A stretch of 64,000 nt of DNA, taken from Podospora anserina. Lineage: Eukaryota. Shown piece after piece: positions 1-12,794 of the stretch. Under the pieces are notes generated by a model. The model made no database searches, was not told the DNA's origin, and saw only the letters and a list, made by a program, of their open reading frames with translations. A program made the translations under genes and the position numbers. Numbering within the stretch: position 1 is the stretch's first letter; the number at the start of each line of letters is the position of its first letter. The stretch is taken from NCBI GenBank assembly GCA_017654855.1, contig CM030336.1, positions 3,348,001 through 3,412,000 on the forward strand, written 5' to 3'.

Positions 1-2395
1 TTTTTAAAAACTAAAAGAAGTTATTTTAAAGAATTTAGTATTTAAATTACTAGACTTTAATCGACTATTCGAGGTCGAAGTAAATATATTAGACTATATA
101 ATTGGTAAATAATTAAAATAACGAAACGATAATAGAAAGCTATACTTAATAACTTTTTTTTTAAAGAAGTTAAAGGGAATATATTAAAATTATTTAATTT
201 ATAATAAAAAATTATTTACTATTATTAAAGTATTTAAAGAATAGAGGTTATATTTTAATAATATTAAGTACGAAATATAGGTTTATACGGATTATAAAAA
301 TCTATAGTACTTTATTATTACGAAGGTCCTTAACGTATAATAAATACGATAATTAAAGTTTCTTTCGGAATTTAATTTTTAGATTAATTATAAGAAAGGT
401 TCGGAGAACGCTAAGGCAGACGTACTTAGCCGGCGAACCGACTATTATAAAGATATATCTAGAAAGTTATTACTATTATTTAAGGAAGCGCTAAACGGTA
501 CTTTTAAATATTTATTATAGCCGTAAATAAAGTATTATATAGTATATCGTAAGAGGGCTACTTCTAATAAATACTAAAGGAAGTTAGGTAACGATATTAT
601 AGAGTAATATTAATAGGAAAAGCTAGAGCTATAAAGTATTTAAAAAGATAATTAGGGAAGACTATAGTATAAGAATCGAGCATACGTAAAGCTAAGTAAT
701 AGGACGGTACTAGTAATAAATATTTATAGGTCGAAGCTCGGAGGATATATAGGTATTATAAAGATTATAGAAAAGATTAAATAGTACTTTAATTAATTAA
801 GGATTAAAAACGACGTTAAGGAAGCTATTTAGTTATACTATACGTACGAAAAAACAAAGGTTATAAAGTATAAGCTATATAGATTTCTGGAGCTACTATT
901 AATAGTAAAATAATTATAAAGTTTAATTATAATAAACTTTATTATTAAATTATTAAAGTTTAATTATAATAAACTTTATTACTAAATTATTAAAGTTTAA
1001 AAATACGGTAACCGGCGTTAAGTATAATAATATATTAATAGTAGTTAATAAGCTTACTAAGTAAATATATTTTTTATTTTATAAAGAAATTTAGTCGGTA
1101 AAGTAATTAACGGACGTAGTATTATAGTATATTATAATAATATATATATAACTAAAGGAATTTATTACGGATCGCGATACTAAATTCGTATCGAAATTTT
1201 AAAGAACGTTAATAACGAAGCTAAGGATAGTAAGTAAAGCGTTATCGGCCTACTACCTTTAAACGGACGGTTAAACGGAACGGTTTAACTAAATTGTAAA
1301 ATAGTATTTACGGAATTATATTAATTTTAAGTAGGACGATTAAATTAAATTATTATTTATAGCGTAACTAATATATAATATATCGTTAATAAAAACCACT
1401 AAAGTTATATTTTTCTTCGCGAATTTCAGCTATAAAATAGATTTACGGTAAGGACCTACGGTTAAGGTACTTAGGGCTAGGGTTAAAATAAATAAAATAT
1501 ATATATTTTATAGTAAATTTAAGTAAAAATTAGAGCTTATAAAGGAAAAGATATAGAAATATTATAATATTAAAAGGCTCGAGGGACTTTGCTTTAAAGG
1601 AAGAAATATAATATTCCTTTCTATACGCAATTTACGTACTAAAAAATTTAATAAAGAACTAAACTATAGGAAAATAGGCCTATTTAAAGTTAAAAGAAGG
1701 ATCTTAAAAACTGTATTCAAATTAAAGCTACTTAGTATAATACGTCTACGGTTATATACCTTTTATATTTTACTTTTGGAACCCGTATTACTAGTAAATA
1801 AAATTAATATATAGGTAGTAGCGGAAGATAAAGAAGAAAAAAACGATTTAAAAGAAATATTAGATTTATAGTTTAATAAAAGTTAATTAAAGTATTTAAT
1901 TAATTAATTAAAATATTTAGCTATAAATAATTCGTAGGAACTAAAAATATATTTTAATTACCTAAATAAATAAAAGATATTCTACTAGTAATATTTAAAC
2001 CGATTAAAACCTAAATAAATAAAAAAATCTAGCCCTAAATTACAACTAAATAGCTATAATATAGAGCTAAGAGAACTTTAATAAAAATCGAACCTACGCC
2101 TTCGACGTAATAATCAACGTACTACGTACTATACTATAAAGTTAATAAATATAAAAGAATTTAAACCTAATTAATACTATATACTTCCACTACCGTTAAG
2201 TCGAAAGGCACTACTAAAAAAGAAGATCCATATTTAAATTTATAAAGAAATATCTATAAATTTAAATACGGAAAAACCTCGACGGAAATCAAACCTATAC
2301 CTTTAACGTAGTAGCTAACGTACTATATACTACACTACAAAGTTAAAAAATATAAAGGGACCTAGGAATAGGTAGTGCCACGCGTCTTAACCACC

Positions 2396-3089
2396 TTAGG
2401 AAAGGGAAGGCGCGCTATCGACGGTACCTTACGGGGTTAAAAAGGAAAGACCAGCTACGCCCGGGCCTAAAAAAAGGTTAAGCGGCTAGTTAAAGCTAAT
2501 AAAAAAGTCGAGGGTAATACCAAGATCCGAGGGAGCGGTATTAATAGCTTCTTAATCCACAACTCTAAAAGTACCTATCGACTAAGCCCGACTAATAAAA
2601 TATTATTTATTTAATTAGTTTAGTAAGGACGTTAAGCCGTCGGCTTCGTTTAATAATTTTATACCTCGGCGAAAGAGCTTAAAACCCTAATTATATATTA
2701 ACGCGCGTTACTTACGTAAACGAATTAAAGTACTTAACGTTTCGGCTAATAAATTCTTTTTTATAACTATTTTATTATTAATTTTCTTTTATTTTAATAA
2801 ATTCTTTATTACTATAGTTATTAATATAAGGACGTACGGTTACGGCACCTAAATACTTACGGGAATTAACTACGTTCGGACTATTATACGATTTACTTAC
2901 TTAAATATAATTCGAATAGCGATTCGACCTTTTTTTTATAATATAGTACCCTTAGGGTTTCGCGCGCTAATAGCGGAAGCAAAGTATAACTTTAATACCG
3001 TCTTAATTAATTAAATTAAAAAAAACTATTCGTTCGCGAACCGTATTATAGTAACGTTTCTTTACGCGCCTCGATATAGTTAATAACAT
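2396..3089 (-). pseudogene. RIP-inactivated antisense accessory gene inside the Gypsy element: Cys6 zinc-cluster-like motif plus coiled coil, one intron (~2812-2860)
   Basis: ATG at 3089. The frame stays continuous across a GTAAGT...TAG intron to TAA at 2396. De-RIP reading: ...VMPCSRCWRAKPQGHCVMKEGSNRCSNCVQAGKSCDGP|..RLRKQR..ELFRRGMESLDE..GVVDWEAI. Most Cys codons now read TAT/TAC and are reconstructed. Internal stops are TAA/TAG, consistent with RIP of Gln/Trp codons. Confidence 0.7.
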
Positions 3090-3212
3090 TAGGTAAGTTT
3101 AAAAGAGAAAGGGAAAGAAAAAATATATATATAGTAAAAGAAAAGGCAAAAGTACTAAGGTATAAAGAATAATAATAAAGAATCTTTCGGAACGAAAAAT
3201 AAAGAGGGGAAG

Positions 3213-3639
3213 TATTATATTATAGATTAACTATATAGTAAAGTAGAGTAGGGACTATAGTAGGCTGTAATAACTAATTAAGTAATAAATAATAGCGGGG
3301 CTATAGGACAGTAGGGCGCTTACCTCTTAATAAAGGTAAGCCGGCTCGCTAAAAGCGTTAAGTAAGTAAAGTAAGCCAGAATAAATTATTAAAAGCGCTT
3401 AGTAATCGAAGTAATTTAAGTACGGAGGTACCTAAAGGATTAAGGTCTATATATACGGAGGAACTGGCCGATATAAATAAATAGTTCTACAGTATATAAT
3501 TTAAGCTTATATTTACGGTATTTAGTATTTATATTAAAATATTTTATTATACACTATTTAGCTGTACCAAACTAGGATTATTTAGAAGTTACCTTTAACT
3601 AGTATCCCTTTTAGAGGTTCTGGATAGGGGTTCGTTATA
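3213..3639 (+). repeat. 3' LTR of the first Gypsy element (crapaud-like LTR family), heavily RIP-mutated
   Basis: Contains the family core tctatatatacggaggaactgg and ends ...gaggttctggataggggttcgttata, homologous to the solo LTR at 28192-28560. The 5' boundary is uncertain by about 5 nt. Confidence 0.85.
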
Positions 3640-6415
3640 ATCCTTTTCTTTAATTTATATATAGGCGTACCCGATAAATATATTTAAATATATAAAGTAT
3701 TACACCTTTATTAATTAATTGCGTAACCTAAATATTAACGGTAGTAAATAATTATTTTTTACCGTTTCGTTATTTAATTAATAGTAATCTATATATAATC
3801 GTAAACCACCGTCCTTCTTTAATATAAAAAATATAAAGTATCCTACTAGCGATATAAACTCCCTAATATATTTTCTTTTTAAATTCTTATTTAAGTATTT
3901 CCGTAGCTCTTTACTCTATTTATCGTTAATATAGTAAACCTTAAATAGTCGTAACTTAGCTCCTTCTTTTAATTTAATTTCGTAGTCCTATAGTCTTTAC
4001 TTTAAAAGTCCTTTTAAATATTTAGCCGTAAAAGTTAAGTATTTTCGATATTTTACTGGTATTACTTTTTTTTCGCTCTTCTCTATATTATTATAATAAA
4101 TATATTTATTAACCTCCGATATTTTTACTAACGTCGTTAACTTTACTTTTTTAATTTTACCGCTTATATTAATAAAATATATTATTACTTTTTAAACTCC
4201 TTACGGTAGTACTATAGAGGGTACTTATTTTATATTCTGCTCCGTACGTATACCTAATCTCCTATCGTTAATTAAATACTTTTAAAACTCTTTTAATCGT
4301 AAATAATTATTATTCCTCTAATTAATATTTAGATTATAATTTTTATACTATAATTACCTTAGTATTATATCCTTCGAGGGTTCTATATTTATAATATTAA
4401 ATATAATTAAAATTATTTTCCTTTCGACTATAATATTTAAAAATATTATTTCTTTATAAACTTTTTATATTAAAAATAGTTTTTATATAACGATTTATTT
4501 TTTTTTTTTATAGTATTTTAATTTAGTATACGAACTATAGCGAAATTAAGTTTATTTTTATATTTCTATCTATTAATACTACCGCTTAAATATTTTTTTA
4601 ATATACTATAATTTAAAGGTATTTATCTTTTTTATTTCTTCCCTATATAATAATAACCTCGCTAATAAGTACCAGATTATTATCCTATACTTTTATTTTA
4701 TACCGATATTTACGAAAATACTATTTATAGTCTATTAAAAGTTATTAACTTCCGCGAAGGGCCGTAAATCGTTTCCTAAATAATTATATTATTTAAAAGT
4801 ATCCTTTTACTTTAGGTTATTTAATAATATAAAATTTTTTAATTATACTCGCTTAACTTTCTTTTATTTTCCGTTTTTTATATACTTAGTATTTTTTTAT
4901 ATATATATCCGATAGCGATTTTTTACTTTACTTTACTAATACCTAATAGCTATAACCTTTATTACTTTTAATTCCTTTAATATAATAATTATTACGATCT
5001 CCTTTTTTTATTCGAGTCGCTTAAATACTTTATAGTTTTTTTTAAAGTATTTTACTTTACTATAATTAAAATATTTAAAGTTATTTTTACTTTAGTTTTA
5101 TAGCTTTTATTATTAAATAATATTAATCTTTATAGGCCCTACGTAAATAGTTTTTAAAACGTATATCCTATACAGCCGTCTTTTCTTTTTATCGTTAAAG
5201 TAATAAAATCTCTATATATATATACCCTTACGCTCCTTATAGTATTAATATTACCGATCGTTAATACGGACTACTATTATAATATATTCGTCGATAGTCT
5301 TTAATTACTTTATTTAATATAATTTATTTTTAATTTATTTTTAATTTTTTTTTTAAACCCGTTATAAAATATTTATATTAATCCTTTATCGTTAATCGCG
5401 TTACGGAGCGCGTCCGTTTTAAATACTATAATATAGTCGGTAGTAAATCGAATTTATTTAAAGTTAATTAATCGCTCTTAAATACGTTTATCCTTATTAT
5501 ACTTTTTAAATACCTCTTTAATTTTCTTTTTAAAACTTTTATATAATTTAAAATATATTTTAATAATATTTTTCTTTTAATTATACATATTATTAAAGTA
5601 ATTTCTTAAAATCGGTTCGAACTATATAAGTACCATATCCTTAAGCCTAAATACGGTATATATAACTTTAAATTCTTCGTCCGGAAAACAAAAAAGGTAA
5701 TACCGAAAATAAACTTTAAATTAAATTAAAAATCCCTTTAGCTTTTTTTTTATATTTCCGTACCGGTTTAATACCTCGAGCTTAATACGCTCTTTTTCTT
5801 TATATAAAGTATTAATTTTTTAATAAAGTATAACGTTTTTTTATATAAATATATTGTAAGAAAAGCGTAACTTATCCTTAAGCTCCTAAATACGAGCGAA
5901 AAGCTAGTCGATAGTAGGTTAGGTCGAGCCCCCTTAAATACTAATGTTTCTGGCTATAGCGTTATTTTAATACCTTTAATTTATTTATAATAAAGTTAAA
6001 GTAAGTATATAACGTATAACGAACCTCTATCCAGAACCTCTAAAAGGGATATTAATTAAAAGTAATTTCTAAATAATCTTAATTCGGTATAACTAAATAA
6101 TATATAATAAAATATTTTAATATAAATATTAAATACCGTAAATATAAACTTAAATTATATACTACGGAACTATCTATTTATACCGGCTAGTTCCTCCGTA
6201 TATATAGACCTTAGGACCGTGGACCATTAACTTATAGACGGTCCTCGGTCCTCTCTTGATTAGCCGATACTAGACCGTGGACCGTGAGCTCCGCCGCGGT
6301 CCCCGGTCCCTATTTAATTAGTCCGTTTACCTACCTGGACCGTAAGCCCCGCTCGATTGCGCGGTCCAGTCCTGATTGGTCCGTTGTGGCCCCACTGTCT
6401 TCCAGAACCGTGACA
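3640..6415 (-). mobile_element. Second RIP-degraded Gypsy element (5' LTR, gag, protease, N-terminal RT), interrupted within RT by the first element
   Basis: Minus-strand de-RIP translation gives a CCHC knuckle (CFNCGKAGHFKKDC, ~5030-5075) and RT motifs (KKDGGLRLCVDY.QLNNETVKN.YPLP, ~3730-3830). The 5' LTR is at 6015-6415. Confidence 0.88.
6015..6415 (-). repeat. 5' LTR of the second Gypsy element
   Basis: Reverse complement starts TGTCACGG and ends ...TTCGTTATA (RIP of TTACA). It shares the conserved 3' half with 3445-3639. The 5' half is rich in ggaccg repeats. Confidence 0.88.
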
Positions 6416-6870
6416 GTACGGAACTATAATTAGCGTTTAACGAAATTATATATTTAACGTTAACTAATAGGGAGCGTATTACGTATACGTAGTAATTAGT
6501 TAGCTATATCTTCTACGCTACTTAATTTAGGTAGAAATGCGCGTGTAAATAGCTTAAAAACGTATTAAACTATCGTCTTCTCCTCTAAATCCGTTAAATT
6601 ACGTAAATTAGCTAGAATATCGCGTCGTGCAGGCTTACCAGCGCGCCGGCGATAGAGGGTAGTATAAGGCACAGAATAAAGCCTCGCTGTAGCTTTGAGG
6701 CTTAGCTTAAGGTTATTTTTAAGGGCTTCGAGTGTAAGAATAACTTTTGCTTTAACTAGAATCGAAGATATCTTAGTATGGTGGAGGAAATCGATGTTGC
6801 AGGTAGAGAGCTATATCGCGTACGAAATCGATCCACTCGCTTGTCCGATCCGCTCGCTTATCAAATACGT
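6416..6870 (-). mobile_element. 5' end of a Fot1/pogo (Tc1/mariner superfamily) DNA transposon, interrupted by the Gypsy insertion
   Basis: On the minus strand a TA target is followed by the TIR ACGTATTTGATAAGCGAGCGGATCGGACAAGCGAGTGG. A RIP-mutated transposase N-terminus follows (LEALKNN.KLSL..TARLYSVP..TL.RRRAGKPARRD...VEDMAN.LLR), homologous to 27223 onward. Confidence 0.85.
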
Positions 6871-6915
6871 TATAGCATATGGAGCTACCAACCCACACAC
6901 CCACACTAGCCGGGG

Positions 6916-7328
6916 TGTGACGAACCCCTGATCAGAACCTCTGAAAGGGATACTGGTTGAAGGCTGCTTCTGAATAACGGTTCATGAAGTGTAGCCAAAA
7001 GGTACACAACAAAGATCACTAATTGTCTCTCGTAAGTGCTTGGTCCTAGAACTCACGATGTGAATTGCATACTACAGAACTGTCTACAACCAGCCAGTTT
7101 CTCCGTATATATAGACCTCAGTCTCTCCTAGACCGTTGAACCGTTCTTATCTTGTCAGCCCATCGGTCCCCTTGTAATTGGTTGTTGTGGACCGTTGGAC
7201 CGACCTCTACCTATCGGTCCATCGGTTCCCTTCTAATTGGTCACCTACACGGATCTCCTTATCGTGATACCTCTTTCTTATTGGCTCGTTTATTGTGTCT
7301 GCGTCTGCCCGTGTTCAAGGTCGTAACA
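6916..7328 (-). repeat. Solo LTR of the same family, little RIP, no matching TSD
   Basis: TG...CA termini (tgtgacg / gtaaca) and the conserved core ccagtttctccgtatatatagac. Flanks are cgggg and tggca. Confidence 0.85.
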
Positions 7329-7920
7329 TGGCACACTCTTTTAGGGTAGAAGGGAGTAGGAATAATAATAAAGTATTGCTCAGTTAGTTGGGACCGTGCT
7401 CACCCATTTTAGGAATACTTTATAGATCGTACCACGAACGTTGCGGTAGATTGTTCAGAACTGACCATCCAGCGATGATATTAGAGAGTGACCCCTGCAT
7501 TTGTTTCAGGGACGCCACGGCACGGGCCACTACGCTTCCCTTTCGGCCCCGCACAGCAAATCCTTTTCTGACGGACTTGGTGGCCTTGGTATGACTGCGC
7601 TTACCTTTTTACATATTCCAACTGCGTATCTTAAGGTGTCTTTCCTGAGGAGCCTATTTAAGACGATCGCAAGGGAGATTAGAAGTGATTTCATGTCGTT
7701 GCTTATGTATCGATTATCGAGGATGCCTTCCAGAGTTCTGCCTGCAGATGGCGGCCTCAAAACGTTTTGGGAAGTTTCTATTGGCGCGTGAGCCAGCCAC
7801 ATCATGTCGTTGGGCTTCAACTCCGCGGCAACCGCTCAGAAAATCCATCGTCGATCTCGTCAACTATCTTTGACACAACTGCGACAGATACGTCCCTAAT
7901 CGAGAGTGCACGAGAAGGTC

Positions 7921-10900
7921 ATAGCTAACAGTCTAAGGAAGAGGTTTAGATTATTTAGATGGAAAAAAGAGAGTTAGGAGAAGTCGAAGGTACAGGACGG
8001 TCCGGAAATATATAGCAGCATCGCCTCAGCGAATTTATCAAAAGGTACGGATCAGCGGTGAACCCTCCTTCCCCTACTAATAGACTCTAGTTTCCGTTCT
8101 TCGCCCTAAGCAAGCCGCTTCATTAACCACAGTAACCCCTTTACTCCCGCAATCGACAATAAATACCCCTCAAACCCCCGCTCCAATAATACCGCCTACC
8201 CTTTCAAGTAAAATATTACCCGTTCTAAATAATATTAGCAATTAAGCCGTAAAGGCACCTTAAACGGCAATAGATAGCCAAGCAATAGAGATCGGAGAGA
8301 ACTTAGTTACGTATATCTCTCTTTAGGATAGAGCTTATAATACTTTTAAGGAAGAAAAGCCCGATCGAGTTACTAAGTATAAATAATTTTTATTTAAGGT
8401 ATTTATTAAAAATATACTTTTAACCCAGCTTAAATTATTTCGCTCGCGCTAATTTAAAAAAATATAATTTTATTTATATCCTAACTAACGTCGAACTAAA
8501 CGGAAAATATTAAGATTACGAATCAAGTCCCCCAAAACAATCCGATCGTACGCCGAAAGAAACTAAAAAAAATAACGGAATTTAGTTTAAAGTATATAGA
8601 AAATAAAAAGGTTAATATAATACTACTAGAATATAAGATTATCCTCCAAAATATTATAGTAAAGGTCGCTAGAGCTATAGAATAGGTCGAGGGCTATATT
8701 AAAGACGCTATAAAGGACCTACTATATACCTCTATCGTTATAATAAGTATATCCCTCGTACTCCCCCTCTTAAAGAACCCCGCTGCCGCTAAAAAAACGA
8801 ACCGGGATAGGTTTACTTATATTATATTATAAATACGTTACTTCGCCGTAATAAAATTATTATTATTACCTTAAAATACGAAGCCCGACTTAAAGAACGA
8901 CCTTACTAAGCGTTTTATTAACTTATATAAATTTATTATCGATTTTTAAGTATAAAGCGTTATTCGGTTTTACTATACTTAAACTAAAAATATTTTCTAA
9001 AGAGCTATTAATTATAACGGCTAGGATTAAAAACTATAATATATTAAGGATACTAACGTAGCGCTAGTTTCGAGGTTTAAAACAATTATATTTATTAGCC
9101 GTCTTTAGGTATTAAGGGATCTTATTAAAAGAGTAAAGGAATTACGTATAGCCTTTTATAGCTTGCTTATTAAAGTATAGGAATATATCGAAGTTTCTCG
9201 ATAATAATTAAGCGTTCTTTAAAAGATTAGTTAATATATAATAAATCTTTAGGACTATACTTATATATAAAATTTCTAAATAACCGATTTATATAACGAT
9301 AAAAGCTGTATCGAGTAGGCTAAAGGCGGCCTTTTAATAGGCTCGTATTACTAGGTCCTCAATAATAACGATTTTAAATAATAGTGCTATAACTAAAATA
9401 GCCGGCTACTATAGATTAAGGGCGACCCCGGTAAAAGTAAAACGATACTATTTTACGGAATTATTAATAAATTAATAAAGTCGATCCCTAACACTACAAT
9501 TATCTCGTTCTTCTTCTACTAAGCTACTAATACGCGTATAAATAACGCTATAACTATCTTTCGCGGCTTAATATTCCTTTTTATTAAGTATTAACTATCG
9601 TTTATTTTATACGTATAGTAAAAGTACGATTAAGCGGGGAAGTAACTCTTCGAAGATATAAATATCTAAGAGGCGTTATTAAAGATTTTTATTAATATTC
9701 TCGAAGATCCGTACTTATAAAGTACTTACTTAGTTATTAATACGCTCGACGAGTGTACCGGAGATTTAAGCCGATTCCTTAACTTTATCGCTAAAACGTT
9801 ATTAATATACTCGAATATTAAGTGGATCGTATCTAGTCGTAACTAACCGAATATCGAGAAAAATCTTCTCGATACGATATAAAAAGTAAAACTATATTTT
9901 AAGTTAAACGAAGAATCTATATTTATAGCTATTATTAATTATATTTAATTTAAAATTAATTTATTAACGAAATAAAATTAGTATAATAACGATACGCGAA
10001 ACGCTATCCGGGCCCACTTATCGTCGAATATATACGGTACTTTCCTCTAGGTAGCCTTAGTCTGCCAGGAATTTATTAGTATCTCGGGATAGGAAACTAA
10101 AGAAATATTAACGGCGTTTCCGCCCGGACTAAATGCCCTTTACGAGCGGATAATAAGTTAGATCTATAGTTTAAAAAACTTTAAGCTCTATAAAAATATA
10201 TTAACCGTCGTTTCGGTTATACGTTAGCTAATTATATTAAATAAACTACCTTTTTTAATAAATATACTTCCTCGATACTCTAGTAATCGCGAAGTTCTAG
10301 TAAAAATCGTAAGGCTTTATAACTCTTTTCTAACGCTCCGAAATTATACTATCGCGTTCGTTTATTAATTTGCTAAAGACTTTTTAATCCAAAAGGCATC
10401 TAGGGAAATCTTCCTTTCCGGAATATAATATATATACCGCTCTATCTTTTTATAATCGCTATAAATTTTAATTAATATACTACGTCGTAATATCTACGGC
10501 CTCAGCGCTCCTAGATTCCCTATCGACTAAATTAAGTAGCCTAATTTAAATCCGTTAGCTTTAGCGCGATATTCGTATATATATTAGATTGACTATTTAA
10601 ATAAATATAACCCTATCCGCGATAAAGTCGAGTCTATTAATAGGTTTCTATATCGGAACTACCTTTATTAATTTAAAACTCTAAGTCTTCTCCGTATAAT
10701 GTTGGGTAGAGTTATTACTATAAGGCGGCTTAAGGGCTTACTAGTAAGTACTAAACTATTAAATACTGGAAAACTAAACTAAATTACTATAGGAACGCGA
10801 GAATCGGGGGCAATTAATAAACTTTATTCGCGATATACAACGGTTTGCTCTAGCTTACAGATAGATAATAGAGCAAGCCCCTCTTCAAGCATATACATCA

Positions 10901-11815
10901 GCCCTTATATTTACACTAAGTAGCAGCTTAGTAAAGAAAATCTTCAAGGAAGAAAAGCCTGGATAGCTTAGTACGGGACTAGTTATAAAAATACAATGGA
11001 ATACTTGCACACAGACGTTAGAGGGCCATAGCGACTCGGTCTGGTCGGTCGCGTTCTCGCCGGACGGCCAGCGCGTGGCATCGGGCTCGCTCGACAAGAC
11101 CGTCAAGATCTGGGATACGGCATCGGGAACCTGCACACAGACGTTAGAGGGCCATGGCGACTGGGTCCAGTCGGTCGCGTTCTCGCCGGACGGCCAGCGC
11201 GTGGCATCGGGCTCGCACGACAAGACCGTCAAGATCTGGGATACGGCATCGGGAACCTGCACACAGACGTTAGAGGGCCATGGCGACTGGGTCCAGTCGG
11301 TCGCGTTCTCGCCGGACGGCCAGCGCGTGGCATCGGGCTCGCACGACATGACCATCAAGATCTGGGATACGGCATCGGGAACCTACACACAGACGTTAGA
11401 GGGCCATGGCGACTCGGTCTAGTCGGTCGCGTTCTCGCCGGACGGCCAACGCGTGGCATCGAGCTCGCTCGACAAGACCATCAAGATCTAGGATATAGTA
11501 TCGGGAATCTACACACAGACGTTAAATATTAGTTTAATTGCTACCCATCTATCGTTCGACTATACTAACGCTTATATTAATATAAATATCGGGCGTATCT
11601 AAATAGCTACGGCTATTATAGAAAGTCCAAATTAGTTAAATAGTCCGGTATATTATTCGTATAATTTAGGACAAGACTACCGCTAAATTATTTATAATAA
11701 TAAAAACGTATTATAATTACTACTAGAATGCCCTACACGTACTTTTACCGTATAAGGGCGTAAAATAATTTTTAGTTATTACTTAGGACGTATTATAATA
11801 TTCTTATTCTCTTAA
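7921..11815 (+). pseudogene. RIP-inactivated NWD-family NLR (N-terminal NWD domain, NACHT, high-identity WD40 repeats), related to het-d/het-e/het-r
   Basis: SL(W)DRAY motif at ~8318, P-loop GDPGK(S)KT at 9421, Walker B LVI(D)ALDEC at ~9730, HGTFL(W)VALVC at ~10035, intron ~10744-10792, then [25 protein letters not shown] repeats. Many RIP-type stops. The start position is approximate. Confidence 0.9.
11006..11525 (+). repeat. Tandem array of four 126-bp WD40-coding repeats plus a partial unit
   Basis: Units start at 11006, 11132, 11258 and 11384. Units 2 and 3 are near-identical. Unit 4 carries RIP stops. Confidence 0.95.
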
Positions 11816-12794
11816 AATATTTAATATTTTAACCTTCAGCTTCTTTCTCTTTTATATTTTTTTTTCTCGTTTACTACTAAAGGGGTATAGGGGACTAAAT
11901 ATATTTATAAAACAAATAATTCTTATATTTTTAATCCTATAAAGACGATATATATCCCCCGTTTAAGTAATAATATTATAGTATATAGCTTTTTCTAAAA
12001 CGATAAATAAATTAATAATATAAAATAAATTTATAGTAATAGTAATTGTCCCTAATAGTAGTTCGAAGGAGGCGTAGCGTTACTATACGCTCCGGCTAGC
12101 TTACTATAGAGATTTAGACTTAATAAATTAGTATTAAACCGAGGTCGTGCACTTATTGATTAAGGTATTTAATTACCGTAGGGATATAATTGGTCCGTAC
12201 AAAATTTTACTACTGTTCCCCTAGTAGCTTTTTTAGGTATAGGCTTTTCGTTATTGCGTAGCAAGTATCGTTATCTTTATTAAACGTAAAAGGAGTCGAT
12301 AAGTCTAAAAATATAAAGGTTCGAACTAGGGAGAGAGTAATAATCTAATAATTTATTAAGTTTTACTATTTATTAATAAATACGCTTATATTAGAAATAC
12401 GGAACCGAAAATATAATAATAGTTTATAACTCTCTATGTAAAATTAATCGCCGTTTAGTTTGGTTTAGTAGTATGAATTACTTTGTTATATAATAGAGGA
12501 ATCTGCATCCTTAGGAATCTAGAATCTAGGGTCTAAGATTTGTAACTAGGCTCGAGGGAGTAAATAACCTTATATTTGTCCAATTCGCGGTGAGGCTAGG
12601 CTAAGGGGTTTCGCTGTACCGTAGGGATCAATAAACCCAGCCGAATCTTTAACAAAGGCGTGACTTAAGGCAGCATAGTACGATGATGAAAACGGGCTAG
12701 TAAAGTTAGTACCTACCCAGTCAAAGAGTAGAATTGGGCAGTTGACTATCATGCATTTTGGGAATGCATTCTCCATATATACCTCATTGGCACT

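Larger units (their letters stand above)
1..3639 (+). mobile_element. RIP-degraded Ty3/Gypsy (chromovirus) LTR retrotransposon, 3' part (RNase H, integrase, chromodomain, extra 3' region, PPT, 3' LTR); 5' part lies left of the window
   Basis: Reversing C>T/G>A changes gives RNase H motifs (FEVEADASDYAIG..., YTDHKNL) at ~40-305, integrase core motifs (TDRDTKF, SAYHPQTDGQTER) at ~1165-1285 and a chromodomain-like stretch at ~1830-1980. Purine tract aaagaggggaag at ~3201-3212 precedes the LTR. Confidence 0.9.

Noticed and set aside
7388-7873. Short ORFs next to the NWD pseudogene as a possible amyloid or effector partner (het-s/nwd2-like pair)
   Set aside because: No HeLo-like domain or amyloid repeat motif is recognisable; more likely upstream non-coding DNA.
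10885-11358. 157-aa minus-strand repetitive ORF
   Set aside because: Antisense shadow of the WD40 repeats.
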